A stretch of DNA of 64,000 bases, taken from contig CALXCD010000002.1 in NCBI GenBank assembly GCA_944386715.1, forward strand, positions 12,869 to 76,868, given 5' to 3'. Below the pieces are notes generated by a model. That model made no database searches. It saw only the letters and a list, made by a program, of their open reading frames with translations, and was not told the DNA's origin. The position numbers and the translations under genes are program-made. How positions within the stretch are numbered: position 1 is the first letter of the stretch; each line of letters begins with the position of its first letter. This DNA is from an uncultured Clostridia bacterium. Lineage in GTDB: Bacteria; Bacillota; Clostridia; TANB77; CAG-508. Below, piece by piece: positions 48,107-56,814 of this stretch.

Positions 48107-48410
48107 TTTTTGTTTTTCCTCCTTGTTTTTCATTCTACTTTTTCTTTTGCTATTCTTTCCCTTTTTGTATTTTTTATTCTTTTAGTTTATCTTTGGCACC
48201 CCCTTATTTCTATATTATGTTTATATGTTATTACAGTTTTACATTTAGATTATAGCAATAAATATTTTCTTTGTACAGGAACTTTCTTCCACATTTTCAA
48301 TTTATTTTTTATATTCTTTTGTGAGTAACATAATTTTTTCAAAACAAAGAACTCATGTCTTTTTCTCTATAACAAGAATTATACATGAGTTCTTTAATTG
48401 TTACATTATC

Positions 48411-49559
48411 TTATACCATATTATGCACATCTGATTTAATGTTATCTTCATATGTTAATAAACTACCTATTTCTCCTCCTATAATCTCACCAGTTGTAGC
48501 ATCCACATAATAAGCATAATATCGTAAAGAATTATCTGTTTGTGATTTATCATATTCTATTACTACTCTCCAAACTTTTCTTACTCTTTCTTCTGTTTTA
48601 TAAAATACAGCATCATCTTTTATTTTATAGACATTCTCCCCTACTTTTTCTTTATTCCATTTACCAGATTCATATTCTTCACCATATTTTTCTCTTAAAA
48701 ATACAGATTCATTCATTTGCTCTATTTTTATTTCTGCTTGAATTGTTTTGATTTGTCCATCTGGATTTATTACTTTCTCTTTATTTTTTGCAATTTCCAT
48801 TGCTTCTTCTTTTGAAATAACTTGTTCATTGTTTTCATAAGCATAATTATCTATATCTAAACAATAAAGACTATTAATCGTTGGTATCCAGCCAATGAAA
48901 ACTTTTTCTGCTGGGTTTATTAAATCATCATATTTTTTATAAAATTCAGCATACCAAATATAGGAATCTGCTTCACTATTACCATTTCCTTTTAAAGATA
49001 GAAGTTCATAAGTTCCTTGGCTATTTTCTGGTTTGTATTTTTCTAATAGTTCATAAGCTACTTTCTTAGCCTCTTGCCTTGTAATTCCATAGTTTTCTGG
49101 GATAGTATAGCTTCTCGTTGGTATAGTAGCTGATTTGATGTTTCCTGTTTTTCCATCTATGACAAAACTTGCTTTTTGGGAATTCATATACCAATTATTT
49201 TCTTGTTCTTTCCAATCTTTTTCTAATACGATGTTTTGAATGGTTTCGTCTGAAAATCCAACTTTTTTCAAATATTCATTTCCTATTTTTTCCGCTTCTT
49301 GCTCTGAAATACATTGTGCTTTTTCTTCCTCCGTTATACCTTGTGTTATCTGATAAGAAGTTGGCTCTTTCCAAATTTTTTCATATACCGCACTTCCTGC
49401 ATATACAAGTCCTGCAGTTGTACCTATTGTTAAAATAAATGTGGCAACTAGTTTTGCTAAATTTCTTTTTGGTTTTTTTAATTCTTCTGTTTCTAAATTA
49501 GATATTGCTATTTTCATTCGTGATTTTGCTATAATGTCATTTTTCATTTTATCATTCAT
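48411..49559 (-). CDS. Putative anti-sigma factor: single-pass membrane protein with PepSY-like extracytoplasmic repeats
   Basis: It overlaps the sigma-factor stop (ATGA). TM segment at LVATFILTIGTTAGLVYAG. Three segments of the form I(S/T)xxEAxxIA. Confidence 0.6.
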   Translation of the reverse strand: MNDKMKNDIIAKSRMKIAISNLETEELKKPKRNLAKLVATFILTIGTTAGLVYAGSAVYEKIWKEPTSYQITQGITEEEKAQCISEQEAEKIGNEYLKKVGFSDETIQNIVLEKDWKEQENNWYMNSQKASFVIDGKTGNIKSATIPTRSYTIPENYGITRQEAKKVAYELLEKYKPENSQGTYELLSLKGNGNSEADSYIWYAEFYKKYDDLINPAEKVFIGWIPTINSLYCLDIDNYAYENNEQVISKEEAMEIAKNKEKVINPDGQIKTIQAEIKIEQMNESVFLREKYGEEYESGKWNKEKVGENVYKIKDDAVFYKTEERVRKVWRVVIEYDKSQTDNSLRYYAYYVDATTGEIIGGEIGSLLTYEDNIKSDVHNMV

Positions 49560-50103
49560 AATAATGATACCCCCTTTTTTCTAACACTTTTTTTAATTTT
49601 TGCCTGATTCTAAATAGTCGTGATTTTACTTTTGTTTCTGCTATTTTTAATGTATTTGCAATTTCTTTGATAGATTTAGCATAATAATAATAGGACATGA
49701 AAATTTCTTTATCTTCTTGCTTCATATTGTTGATTTCCATCATCATGATGTTATTTTTTTCTGTGCTTTCTATTTGCGTTTCTAAACCTTCTATTTCATA
49801 TAATGTATTTTCATGATTTTCTATTTCTACTGTATTTTTTAAATTTCTTATTTTTTTATAATATAAGTTTTTTAAAACTCCTACTAAATAAGATGACATA
49901 TCTTTTTCTAATTCTAATTTCTTTTGATTTTTCCAAACAACTAAGAATACATCTGAAATTATTTCTTCTATATCTTCGTCTTCTATATTGGGTTTCTTAT
50001 TTTTTAAAATAGTATATAGATAAGGTGTATAGTTTTCCATTATCTTTTCTATATTTAGTTCATCATTTTCCATATATTGTTTTATTAGATTTTTTTCTTT
50101 CAT
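49552..50103 (-). CDS. ECF-type RNA polymerase sigma factor
   Basis: 183 aa. Region 2: EDIEEIISDVFLVVWKN ... YLVGVLKNLYYKKIR. Region 4 HTH: IFMSYYYYAKSIKEIANTLKIAETKVKSRLFRIRQKL. Confidence 0.85.
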   Translation of the reverse strand: MKEKNLIKQYMENDELNIEKIMENYTPYLYTILKNKKPNIEDEDIEEIISDVFLVVWKNQKKLELEKDMSSYLVGVLKNLYYKKIRNLKNTVEIENHENTLYEIEGLETQIESTEKNNIMMMEINNMKQEDKEIFMSYYYYAKSIKEIANTLKIAETKVKSRLFRIRQKLKKVLEKRGYHYYE

Positions 50104-50190
50104 TTTTGTTCTAAACTCCCATTTGATATCTACATTTATATATTACCATTTTTTAAGAAAAAGTTACCATCCATTTTTATTTTTTATAAC

Positions 50191-50493
50191 TTGCCAAGAG
50201 GGAGATTTTTCATTCCTGACTTATATTTGGAAAAGGAAGATTATGAAAATAATTATATTATTGGGAAATATGGTCATTTAAGATTAGAATATTTAAAAAA
50301 TCATAAGAAAGCAGGATATACAATAATGTTTATGAACAAAACTTTAAGAAAACATATTGTTGAAATTGATAAACAAGCTAGAAATAGAGTAAAAATGCTT
50401 ATGAAACAAATGTTAGAAAGAAATCATATTAAAAGAATTTATTTATATTTGAAAATTCGCTTGACTTTTGCAAACAATTGTTTTAGAATGTAA
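50191..50493 (+). pseudogene. TnpV-like protein fragment
   Basis: FIPDLYLEKED....IGKYGHLRLEYLKNHKKAGY...LRKHIVEIDKQARNRV matches the TnpV core as I recall it. It lacks a proper ATG/N-terminus (TTG inside the terminal repeat), and the C-terminal tail diverges. Confidence 0.6.
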
Positions 50494-50529
50494 TATGAAG
50501 TTTGCTGAGATTGGAAGTGATTTTTATTT

Positions 50530-51390
50530 ATGAAAAATGAACTTATAAAAACAGAAATAATAGTAAAGGATACACCTATAAGTGTTATTAGAATTGATAA
50601 AACAGATTTTATATCATTAACTGATTTAGCTAAATATCAAAATTCAAGCGATCCATCTTTTACCGTAAAAAACTGGTTAAGAAGAGTTAGCACAATTGAT
50701 TATATAGGTCTTTGGGAACAGTTGCATAATTCTAATTTTAATTTGGTCGAATTCGACCAAATTAAAACTGAATATGGAAAAAATTCTTTTGCAATGTCTC
50801 CTACACAATGGATAAAAAGGACTAATAGTATTGGGATTATTGCAAAAGGTGGCAGATATAGCATTGGAACATTTGCACATCCAGATATTGCTTTTGAATT
50901 TGCAAGTTGGCTAAGTCCAGAATTTAAGCTATATTTAATAACTGAATTTGAGCGATTAAAAATTAATGAAGCATATCAAAATAAAATTGACTGGTCTGTA
51001 AAAAGGGAACTATCTAAAACTAATTATATTATTCATACAGATAGTATAAAAGAATTTATTGTTCCAACTCTAACTGAAAAACAAAAACAATATGTATATG
51101 CAAGTGAAGCAGATGTTTTAAATGTTGCTTTATTTGGAATGACAGCTAAAGAATGGAGAGATAAAAATCCTAATTTAGATGGTAATATTCGAGATTATAC
51201 AGACATTTTACATTTGGTTGTTTTAGCCAATCTTGAAAACTTAAATGCTGAAATGATAACAAGTGGAATTTCTCAAAGTGAAAGAATTGTAAAATTGAAT
51301 GACACAGCTAAAAAGCAATTAGAATTATTAAAAAATAGTAGTAGTATTCGTAGGTTAGAAAAAATGGATGAGAAATTAAAATTAGTGTAA
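50530..51390 (+). CDS. KilA-N domain-containing protein
   Basis: ISVIRIDKTDFISLTDLAKYQ ... NWLRRVSTIDYIGLWEQLHN ... GTFAHPDIAFEFASWLSPEFKLYL. Confidence 0.8.
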   Translation: MKNELIKTEIIVKDTPISVIRIDKTDFISLTDLAKYQNSSDPSFTVKNWLRRVSTIDYIGLWEQLHNSNFNLVEFDQIKTEYGKNSFAMSPTQWIKRTNSIGIIAKGGRYSIGTFAHPDIAFEFASWLSPEFKLYLITEFERLKINEAYQNKIDWSVKRELSKTNYIIHTDSIKEFIVPTLTEKQKQYVYASEADVLNVALFGMTAKEWRDKNPNLDGNIRDYTDILHLVVLANLENLNAEMITSGISQSERIVKLNDTAKKQLELLKNSSSIRRLEKMDEKLKLV

Positions 51391-51570
51391 AACAAAACAC
51401 ATTCATATTTTAAGGAAGTAAGCTTACAATAAATAATCTACTTCCTTTTCAACATAATCAATAGATGGACAAGCTATACAAGAGCCTGCACTTGAGTCAA
51501 TATAAATTTTATTAGGAGAGAATTATTTAGTGTTCTTAACTAAAGAGTTCTCCCTCTTGGCAAGTTAAAT

Positions 51571-52380
51571 CTATTCAAAATCTTTTAAATATGCAATGAA
51601 TTCTTCTAAGCAAAAATTCTTTTCTTTCATAAATTTAGCATTTTCTACACCAACATATCGATAATGCCATGGCTCATAATTAATTTTGGTTATTTCCTTT
51701 TTATCTGTTGGATATCTTAAAATGAATCCATAATCTGTACAATGTTCTATTAACCATTTTTGTACTTGTGTTTCTTCTTGTTTTTCATCTAATATTTGAT
51801 AATTCCTAGAAACAATATCTACCGCCATTCCCATTTCATGTTCACTTGTTCTAGGTAGTGTTACCCAATAAGAGGCTTCTATTTTTGCATTCTCACTAGT
51901 ATATCCTTGTCTTTTATATTGATTTACTTTTCTGTTATAAAGCGTTGTTTGTGTGTTTATGGTTCTATAACTAGAGCAAATATAGGGTTTTAGTCCTTGT
52001 TTTCTAGCATCTTGAAGCATTTGACTAAGGCTATCTGCAATTCTACTATCTACCTTATGGCTATATTCTATATTCTTTAATTCTACTTGATAATTTTCAG
52101 GAATTGGATTTTCTTTATTTACCAAAATTAAATTCCAATCTGTTGTTTTGCTATTGATTTCAGGTTGTTTTTTCTCCACAACAATAATCTCTTCGTTGTT
52201 TTCGTTTTCATTAGTAATGCTTGCAAATGTTTCTAATGTTTTTTCTTCTGCCTCTTTTATTATCTCTTTTTCTTTTATGTTGCTGACTATTGTTAATGTG
52301 ATTGCAATTACAATAACAAAACTACTAACTGAAAGAATTCTTATATTTAATTTTTTCTTTTTTTCTTTTTTATTTTTCAT
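51571..52380 (-). CDS. VanY-type D-alanyl-D-alanine carboxypeptidase (peptidase M15B)
   Basis: TM anchor; SSYRTINTQTTLY ... SEHEMGMAVDIV ... EPWHYRYVG. Confidence 0.88.
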   Translation of the reverse strand: MKNKKEKKKKLNIRILSVSSFVIVIAITLTIVSNIKEKEIIKEAEEKTLETFASITNENENNEEIIVVEKKQPEINSKTTDWNLILVNKENPIPENYQVELKNIEYSHKVDSRIADSLSQMLQDARKQGLKPYICSSYRTINTQTTLYNRKVNQYKRQGYTSENAKIEASYWVTLPRTSEHEMGMAVDIVSRNYQILDEKQEETQVQKWLIEHCTDYGFILRYPTDKKEITKINYEPWHYRYVGVENAKFMKEKNFCLEEFIAYLKDFE

Positions 52381-52540
52381 ACTTTTTTCCTTTATTTTTA
52401 TAAAAGCTAGCAATTATATATTAAAATTTTTGATATCTAACATTTTATATTTATATATTGCCATTTTTAACAAAAAGGTTACATTAACCATCAAAAAAAT
52501 ACTATATAGCCTTACTTTTAACTATATAGTATCTTATTCT

Positions 52541-53935
52541 TTAAATTTCTTCAACAGTATTTGATGTATTTCTATTATTTGGCAATAACATAATATCTTT
52601 TTTTCTATAAACTGATAATATGATTGCTAAACTTATCATATTGATAACTAAACTACTTCCTCCATAGGATACAAATGGTAAATTAAAGTTTGCTTCCATT
52701 CCTAAATTTAAATTCATGAGAATGTTAAATATGCTTTGTAAAATGAACATACTAGCAATTCCGATTATTAATAATTTACCATATAAATCTTTTATTTGGA
52801 TAGAATTGATAATTAATTTTACACTAAATAATATAATTAATGCTACTACTCCTATTGCTACTATCCATCCATAATGTGCTAGGATAGATATAAATGCATA
52901 ATTGGTGCCTTCATCAAATAATGTAATAGCATTACTCATATCTTCTGCTTCTCCAAAACTTTGTGCTGATTGGATAATTAAATTTCGATTGATTCCTAAC
53001 CAGCCTCCTCCTTGTGGGTCATTTTCAGGATGAAACCAAGTTTCTATTCTTTCTATCGTATATGGAGCATTTCCGATATAGAAAAATATACTTAGTAATG
53101 TTAGTAAAATAACAATACTCCACAAAATAAAAATTTTTTTCTTTCTATTTTCTTCTGTTTTCCATATCTTAACAGTCCCTAGTATTAAATAAATACTTCC
53201 TAAAATTAAAATAGAGACTTTAGATGGTATGATAAAAAAAAGTAATAAAGATAATATGCTTAATCCAATTATTTTTACCAAATTTATATTTATTTTTATG
53301 TTATTATCATCTAATATTTTTTGTATTTTACTTTCTTGATTTGTATTCATTAAAAATCCAATAAAAGCTAATATATATAATGGCATCGCAATTGTACTTG
53401 CAGATATGGTAACTCCTAACCCTAAAGATAAATATGGGATTCCATTAATATGGGCACCAAATAATAAGGTAACTATTATGATAATTGTTGCAAGTAGGTA
53501 AAAATATTTGCTATATTTTTTTAATTTTGTATAATCGAAAAAATATATGAAGATGCTTGCTATTATACCTATTACGAAAGCTACCATAAATTTTAGCATA
53601 TAGTTTAATTGTTCACCTGTTGTAACTGTATTGGTTGTCTTTATCCATGCAATGAGAAATCCAAAACATATTAAAACTCCGATGATTAGCACTAATTTCC
53701 AGTCTAGCTTTGGTCTATGAATTTTATTTAATTTTTTTCCTATTTCCACACTATCTCCCATTTGCTTAATGGCTTCACCTTCTGCTAACTCTTCTTGTAA
53801 CCCTTCTTGCATATAGTTTTCTTTGATTTCTTCTATATGATTTTTTAATTCTTCTGAAATACTTTCCCTAATTGGCTTATATCTTATCTGTTCACATACA
53901 GAATTTAGAAAATCCTTAATTTGCAAAAGAAACAC
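52541..53935 (-). CDS. FtsW/RodA/SpoVE-family protein fused to an N-terminal PadR-operon prefix domain
   Basis: N-terminal soluble helix bundle (NSVCEQIRYKPIRESISEELKNHIEE), then about 10 TM segments ending NLPFVSYGGSSLV. It overlaps the PadR stop. Confidence 0.8.
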   Translation of the reverse strand: MFLLQIKDFLNSVCEQIRYKPIRESISEELKNHIEEIKENYMQEGLQEELAEGEAIKQMGDSVEIGKKLNKIHRPKLDWKLVLIIGVLICFGFLIAWIKTTNTVTTGEQLNYMLKFMVAFVIGIIASIFIYFFDYTKLKKYSKYFYLLATIIIIVTLLFGAHINGIPYLSLGLGVTISASTIAMPLYILAFIGFLMNTNQESKIQKILDDNNIKININLVKIIGLSILSLLLFFIIPSKVSILILGSIYLILGTVKIWKTEENRKKKIFILWSIVILLTLLSIFFYIGNAPYTIERIETWFHPENDPQGGGWLGINRNLIIQSAQSFGEAEDMSNAITLFDEGTNYAFISILAHYGWIVAIGVVALIILFSVKLIINSIQIKDLYGKLLIIGIASMFILQSIFNILMNLNLGMEANFNLPFVSYGGSSLVINMISLAIILSVYRKKDIMLLPNNRNTSNTVEEI

Positions 53936-54254
53936 CTCCTAAAACTTGATTTATTCCATTACTAAATATTTTCCATTCTTCCTGTTTTTCTTTTAATGTG
54001 TTTTTCCCTTTCTTGGTTATGGCATAATATTTTCTGTTTTTTCCAGTTGTATTATCCCAATAAGATGTTATTAAATCATTTTCTTCTAAAGAATGTAATA
54101 TGGGATATAGTGTTCCTTCTTTTAATTCAAATACATTTTCTGATTTTTCTTTTAGTCTTTTTATCATCTCATAACCATACATGTTTTCTTCTTTTAATAA
54201 ATTTAAGACTAATAGAGTTGTGCTTCCTTTTAATAATTCTTTGCTGATTTTCAA
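53916..54254 (-). CDS. PadR-family transcriptional regulator
   Basis: LLKGSTTLLVLNLLKEENMYGYEMIKRLKEKS...LKEGTLYPILHSLEENDLI. Confidence 0.9.
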   Translation of the reverse strand: MKISKELLKGSTTLLVLNLLKEENMYGYEMIKRLKEKSENVFELKEGTLYPILHSLEENDLITSYWDNTTGKNRKYYAITKKGKNTLKEKQEEWKIFSNGINQVLGGVSFAN

Positions 54255-54377
54255 ATTTATCCCTCCTTATATAAAAAAATATACCTAGATATCCGATGTA
54301 TTTTTGTACATTGTATATCTAGGTATTGTTTTTGTCAATAATTTTCTAAAAAATTATAAAAAAATCTTGCAATATTT

Positions 54378-54536
54378 GTTACTATTCACAGTAAATAAGT
54401 TAATAATTCAGAAAAGCCTGATATATAGATATTTGAAAATCAAGACCCGGATTGTTACGCCCCAGATATGTTTTGATTAAAAATAGCTATATATCAGGCT
54501 TTTTTAATATTGTATAAAACAGCTGTGAATTGTAAC
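54378..54536. repeat. Conserved-core hairpin with the outer GTTAC(T/A)ATTCACAG inverted repeat, copy E5 (hairpin flipped relative to flanks)
   Basis: Outer IR 54378-54391 / 54523-54536, inner hairpin 54410-54505, core 54441-54475. Confidence 0.9.
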
Positions 54537-54542
54537 TAATAT

Positions 54543-55190
54543 TTATCTAGCATCATCTTTTTTTATGTGTTGCATTATTTGCCTTTTTCTTTCTTGAAAA
54601 GTTTCGTATACTTTATTTATTGTTTCAAATTCATCATCTTTTTTATCAGCATGTAATGCTCTTTGCCATTTAGTTGTTATCCATTTATCATAATATTCTA
54701 ATTTATCTGTGTTTTCTAATTCTTCTAATTGGCATAATAATTCATAATCATCTTGGTGAAAAATAGTAGCTTTTTCTTCTATTCCTCTTGCTATATAAAT
54801 ACCTGCCGGATATATATATAGTCTTTTTGTTTTCACCATTTCTAGCATTTTTTTTTCTACCTGTTCTTGCATTTCTTCTTCTGTCATTCCTATGTCATAA
54901 CTAAAATAATGAGATGGGTCGTTTCTTCTTGGAGAAGGGATGTCATTTAAATCTACAAAACGGTAAAATTGTGTATATAACTGTGTAGCTCTTTTGACAT
55001 TTTCTTTCCAAAAAGGCTCTTTCGGAGTTGTATATTCTTGTCTTAAAGAGTAATTTTTATCTTTTGCCTTTTTTTGATGTAATTCATGGTTAGCAAAATA
55101 TATCATGGCTTCTAGTACTTCCTCTCTATTGTCATAGCCATAATAAAATTTTTCTTCTAATTTTTTTTCTAATTTCTTTTTATTAACCAT
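54543..55190 (-). CDS. Hypothetical protein
   Basis: 215-aa charged, soluble ORF located 18 nt downstream of rfbB. I recognise no motif. Confidence 0.6.
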   Translation of the reverse strand: MVNKKKLEKKLEEKFYYGYDNREEVLEAMIYFANHELHQKKAKDKNYSLRQEYTTPKEPFWKENVKRATQLYTQFYRFVDLNDIPSPRRNDPSHYFSYDIGMTEEEMQEQVEKKMLEMVKTKRLYIYPAGIYIARGIEEKATIFHQDDYELLCQLEELENTDKLEYYDKWITTKWQRALHADKKDDEFETINKVYETFQERKRQIMQHIKKDDAR

Positions 55191-55208
55191 TTTTTACATC
55201 CCTATTTC

Positions 55209-56177
55209 CTATTTTAACCATTCTGGATTAGCTAAATACCAATCAATGGTTTTTACAATTCCATCTTCAAATTTTGTTTTTGGTAACCATCCTAATTCTT
55301 TACTAATCTTAGTTGGGTCAATTGCATAACGATAGTCATGCCCTTTTCTATCTTCTACATATTCTATTAAATCTTCTGATTTTCCTAATCTTTGTAAAAT
55401 TAATTTTACAATTTCAAGATTTCTTTTTTCGTTATGTCCACCGATATTGTATCTTTCTCCTGCAACTCCTTTATGAAATACTAGGTCAATTGCTTCACAG
55501 TGGTCTTCTACATATAACCAATCTCTAATGTTTTTTCCTGTTCCATAAACTGGTAATTTTTCATCTTTTAATGCTAATTTTATCATATGTGGAATTAATT
55601 TTTCATTGTGTTGATATGGTCCATAATTGTTAGAACAATTTGTTACATTGACATTCATTTTATAGGTTTCTTTATATGCTAAAGCAATTAAATCTGAACT
55701 TGCTTTTGAAGAAGAATATGGACTACTTGGTTTGATTGGAGATTTTTCTGTAAAATATCCTTCTTCTCCTAAAGAACCATATACTTCATCTGTAGAAATA
55801 TGAACAAATTTATTAGGACTGCCTTCTCCCCATTTTTGTTTAGCAGTTTCTAGCAAAGTATGTGTTCCCATGACATTTGTTTGTGTGAATACAAATGGAT
55901 TTTTGATACTATTATCTACATGTGATTCTGCTGCAAAGTGAATCACTCCATTAATATCATATTTTTCAAATATTTCTTTCATTTTTTCAAAGTCACAAAT
56001 ATCTGCTTGTATAAATGTGATTTTATCTTGTACTTTTTTAAGATTGTTTAAATTTCCTGCATAAGTTAATTTATCCACTACAATGATATTGTAATCTGGA
56101 TATTTATTTACAAAATATTCTGCAAAGTTTGCTCCTATAAAACCTGCTGCTCCTGTTACTAATACATTTTTACTCAT
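55209..56177 (-). CDS. rfbB: dTDP-glucose 4,6-dehydratase
   Basis: VTGAAGFIGANF, catalytic YSSSK, ...HISTDEVYG. Confidence 0.93.
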   Translation of the reverse strand: MSKNVLVTGAAGFIGANFAEYFVNKYPDYNIIVVDKLTYAGNLNNLKKVQDKITFIQADICDFEKMKEIFEKYDINGVIHFAAESHVDNSIKNPFVFTQTNVMGTHTLLETAKQKWGEGSPNKFVHISTDEVYGSLGEEGYFTEKSPIKPSSPYSSSKASSDLIALAYKETYKMNVNVTNCSNNYGPYQHNEKLIPHMIKLALKDEKLPVYGTGKNIRDWLYVEDHCEAIDLVFHKGVAGERYNIGGHNEKRNLEIVKLILQRLGKSEDLIEYVEDRKGHDYRYAIDPTKISKELGWLPKTKFEDGIVKTIDWYLANPEWLK

Positions 56178-56207
56178 TTTTTTCTTCCTTCCTATTGTTT
56201 ATTTTTT

Positions 56208-56789
56208 CTATTTTAAATTTTGAAATAAATCTGTTTCTTTTAATTCTTTTAAAGATGGCCATTTTGCGTCTTTTTCAGAAGTTAATAAATCGTCTATTTT
56301 CATATCTCCCATTGGCCAATCTATTGCAACATCTGGGTCATTCCATGCAAGACCACCTTCTGCTTCATGGTTATAGATATCATCACATTTATAAGTAAAC
56401 TCTGCTTCCTCTGATAATACTAAAAATCCATGAGCAAATCCTCTAGGTATCATAAACATTTTTTTATTTTCTTCAGAAAGAATCACACCTTCCCATTTAC
56501 CGTAAGTTTTGCTTCCAGGTCTTAAATCTACTGCAACATCAAAGACTTCCCCTTTAAGACATCTTACTAATTTTGCTTGTGTGTTTTCTTTTTGGAAGTG
56601 TAGTCCTCTTAATACACCTTTTTTAGATTTGGATTGATTGTCTTGTACAAAGTGATAATTTAATCCTATTTCTGAAAATTCTGTTTCACTATAAGTTTCC
56701 ATGAAATATCCTCTGTTATCTCCAAAAACAGTAGGTTCAATAATATATACTCCTTCAATAGAAGTTTCTTGTTTTTTAAATTTACTCAT
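56208..56789 (-). CDS. rfbC: dTDP-4-dehydrorhamnose 3,5-epimerase
   Basis: FGDNRGYFMETY ... QDNQSKSKKGVLRGLHFQ ... AHGFLVLS. Confidence 0.93.
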   Translation of the reverse strand: MSKFKKQETSIEGVYIIEPTVFGDNRGYFMETYSETEFSEIGLNYHFVQDNQSKSKKGVLRGLHFQKENTQAKLVRCLKGEVFDVAVDLRPGSKTYGKWEGVILSEENKKMFMIPRGFAHGFLVLSEEAEFTYKCDDIYNHEAEGGLAWNDPDVAIDWPMGDMKIDDLLTSEKDAKWPSLKELKETDLFQNLK

Positions 56790-56814
56790 TTTTATTTATC
56801 TCTCCTTTTTTGCT

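Larger units (their letters stand above)
50187..51567. mobile_element. 1.38-kb cassette bounded by a perfect 19-bp inverted repeat TAACTTGCCAAGAGGGAGA
   Basis: Left copy 50187-50205, right copy 51549-51567. The termini resemble those of E0/E4 (TTGCCAAGGGGAC). The cassette carries a TnpV-like fragment and a KilA-N gene but no recognisable transposase. Confidence 0.55.

Noticed and set aside
47427-48185. 252-aa plus-strand ORF (and 46712-46963, 48055-48328)
   Set aside because: It is antisense to a well-supported minus-strand gene. Its low-complexity S/F/L/V-rich translation is typical of shadow ORFs in AT-rich DNA, and there is no RBS.
51440-51545. Minus-strand ferredoxin-like fragment (IYIDSSAGSCIACPSIDYVEKEV..)
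   Set aside because: It contains only a partial Cys motif, has no start codon and spans about 30 codons. I treat it as debris inside the IR-bounded cassette.
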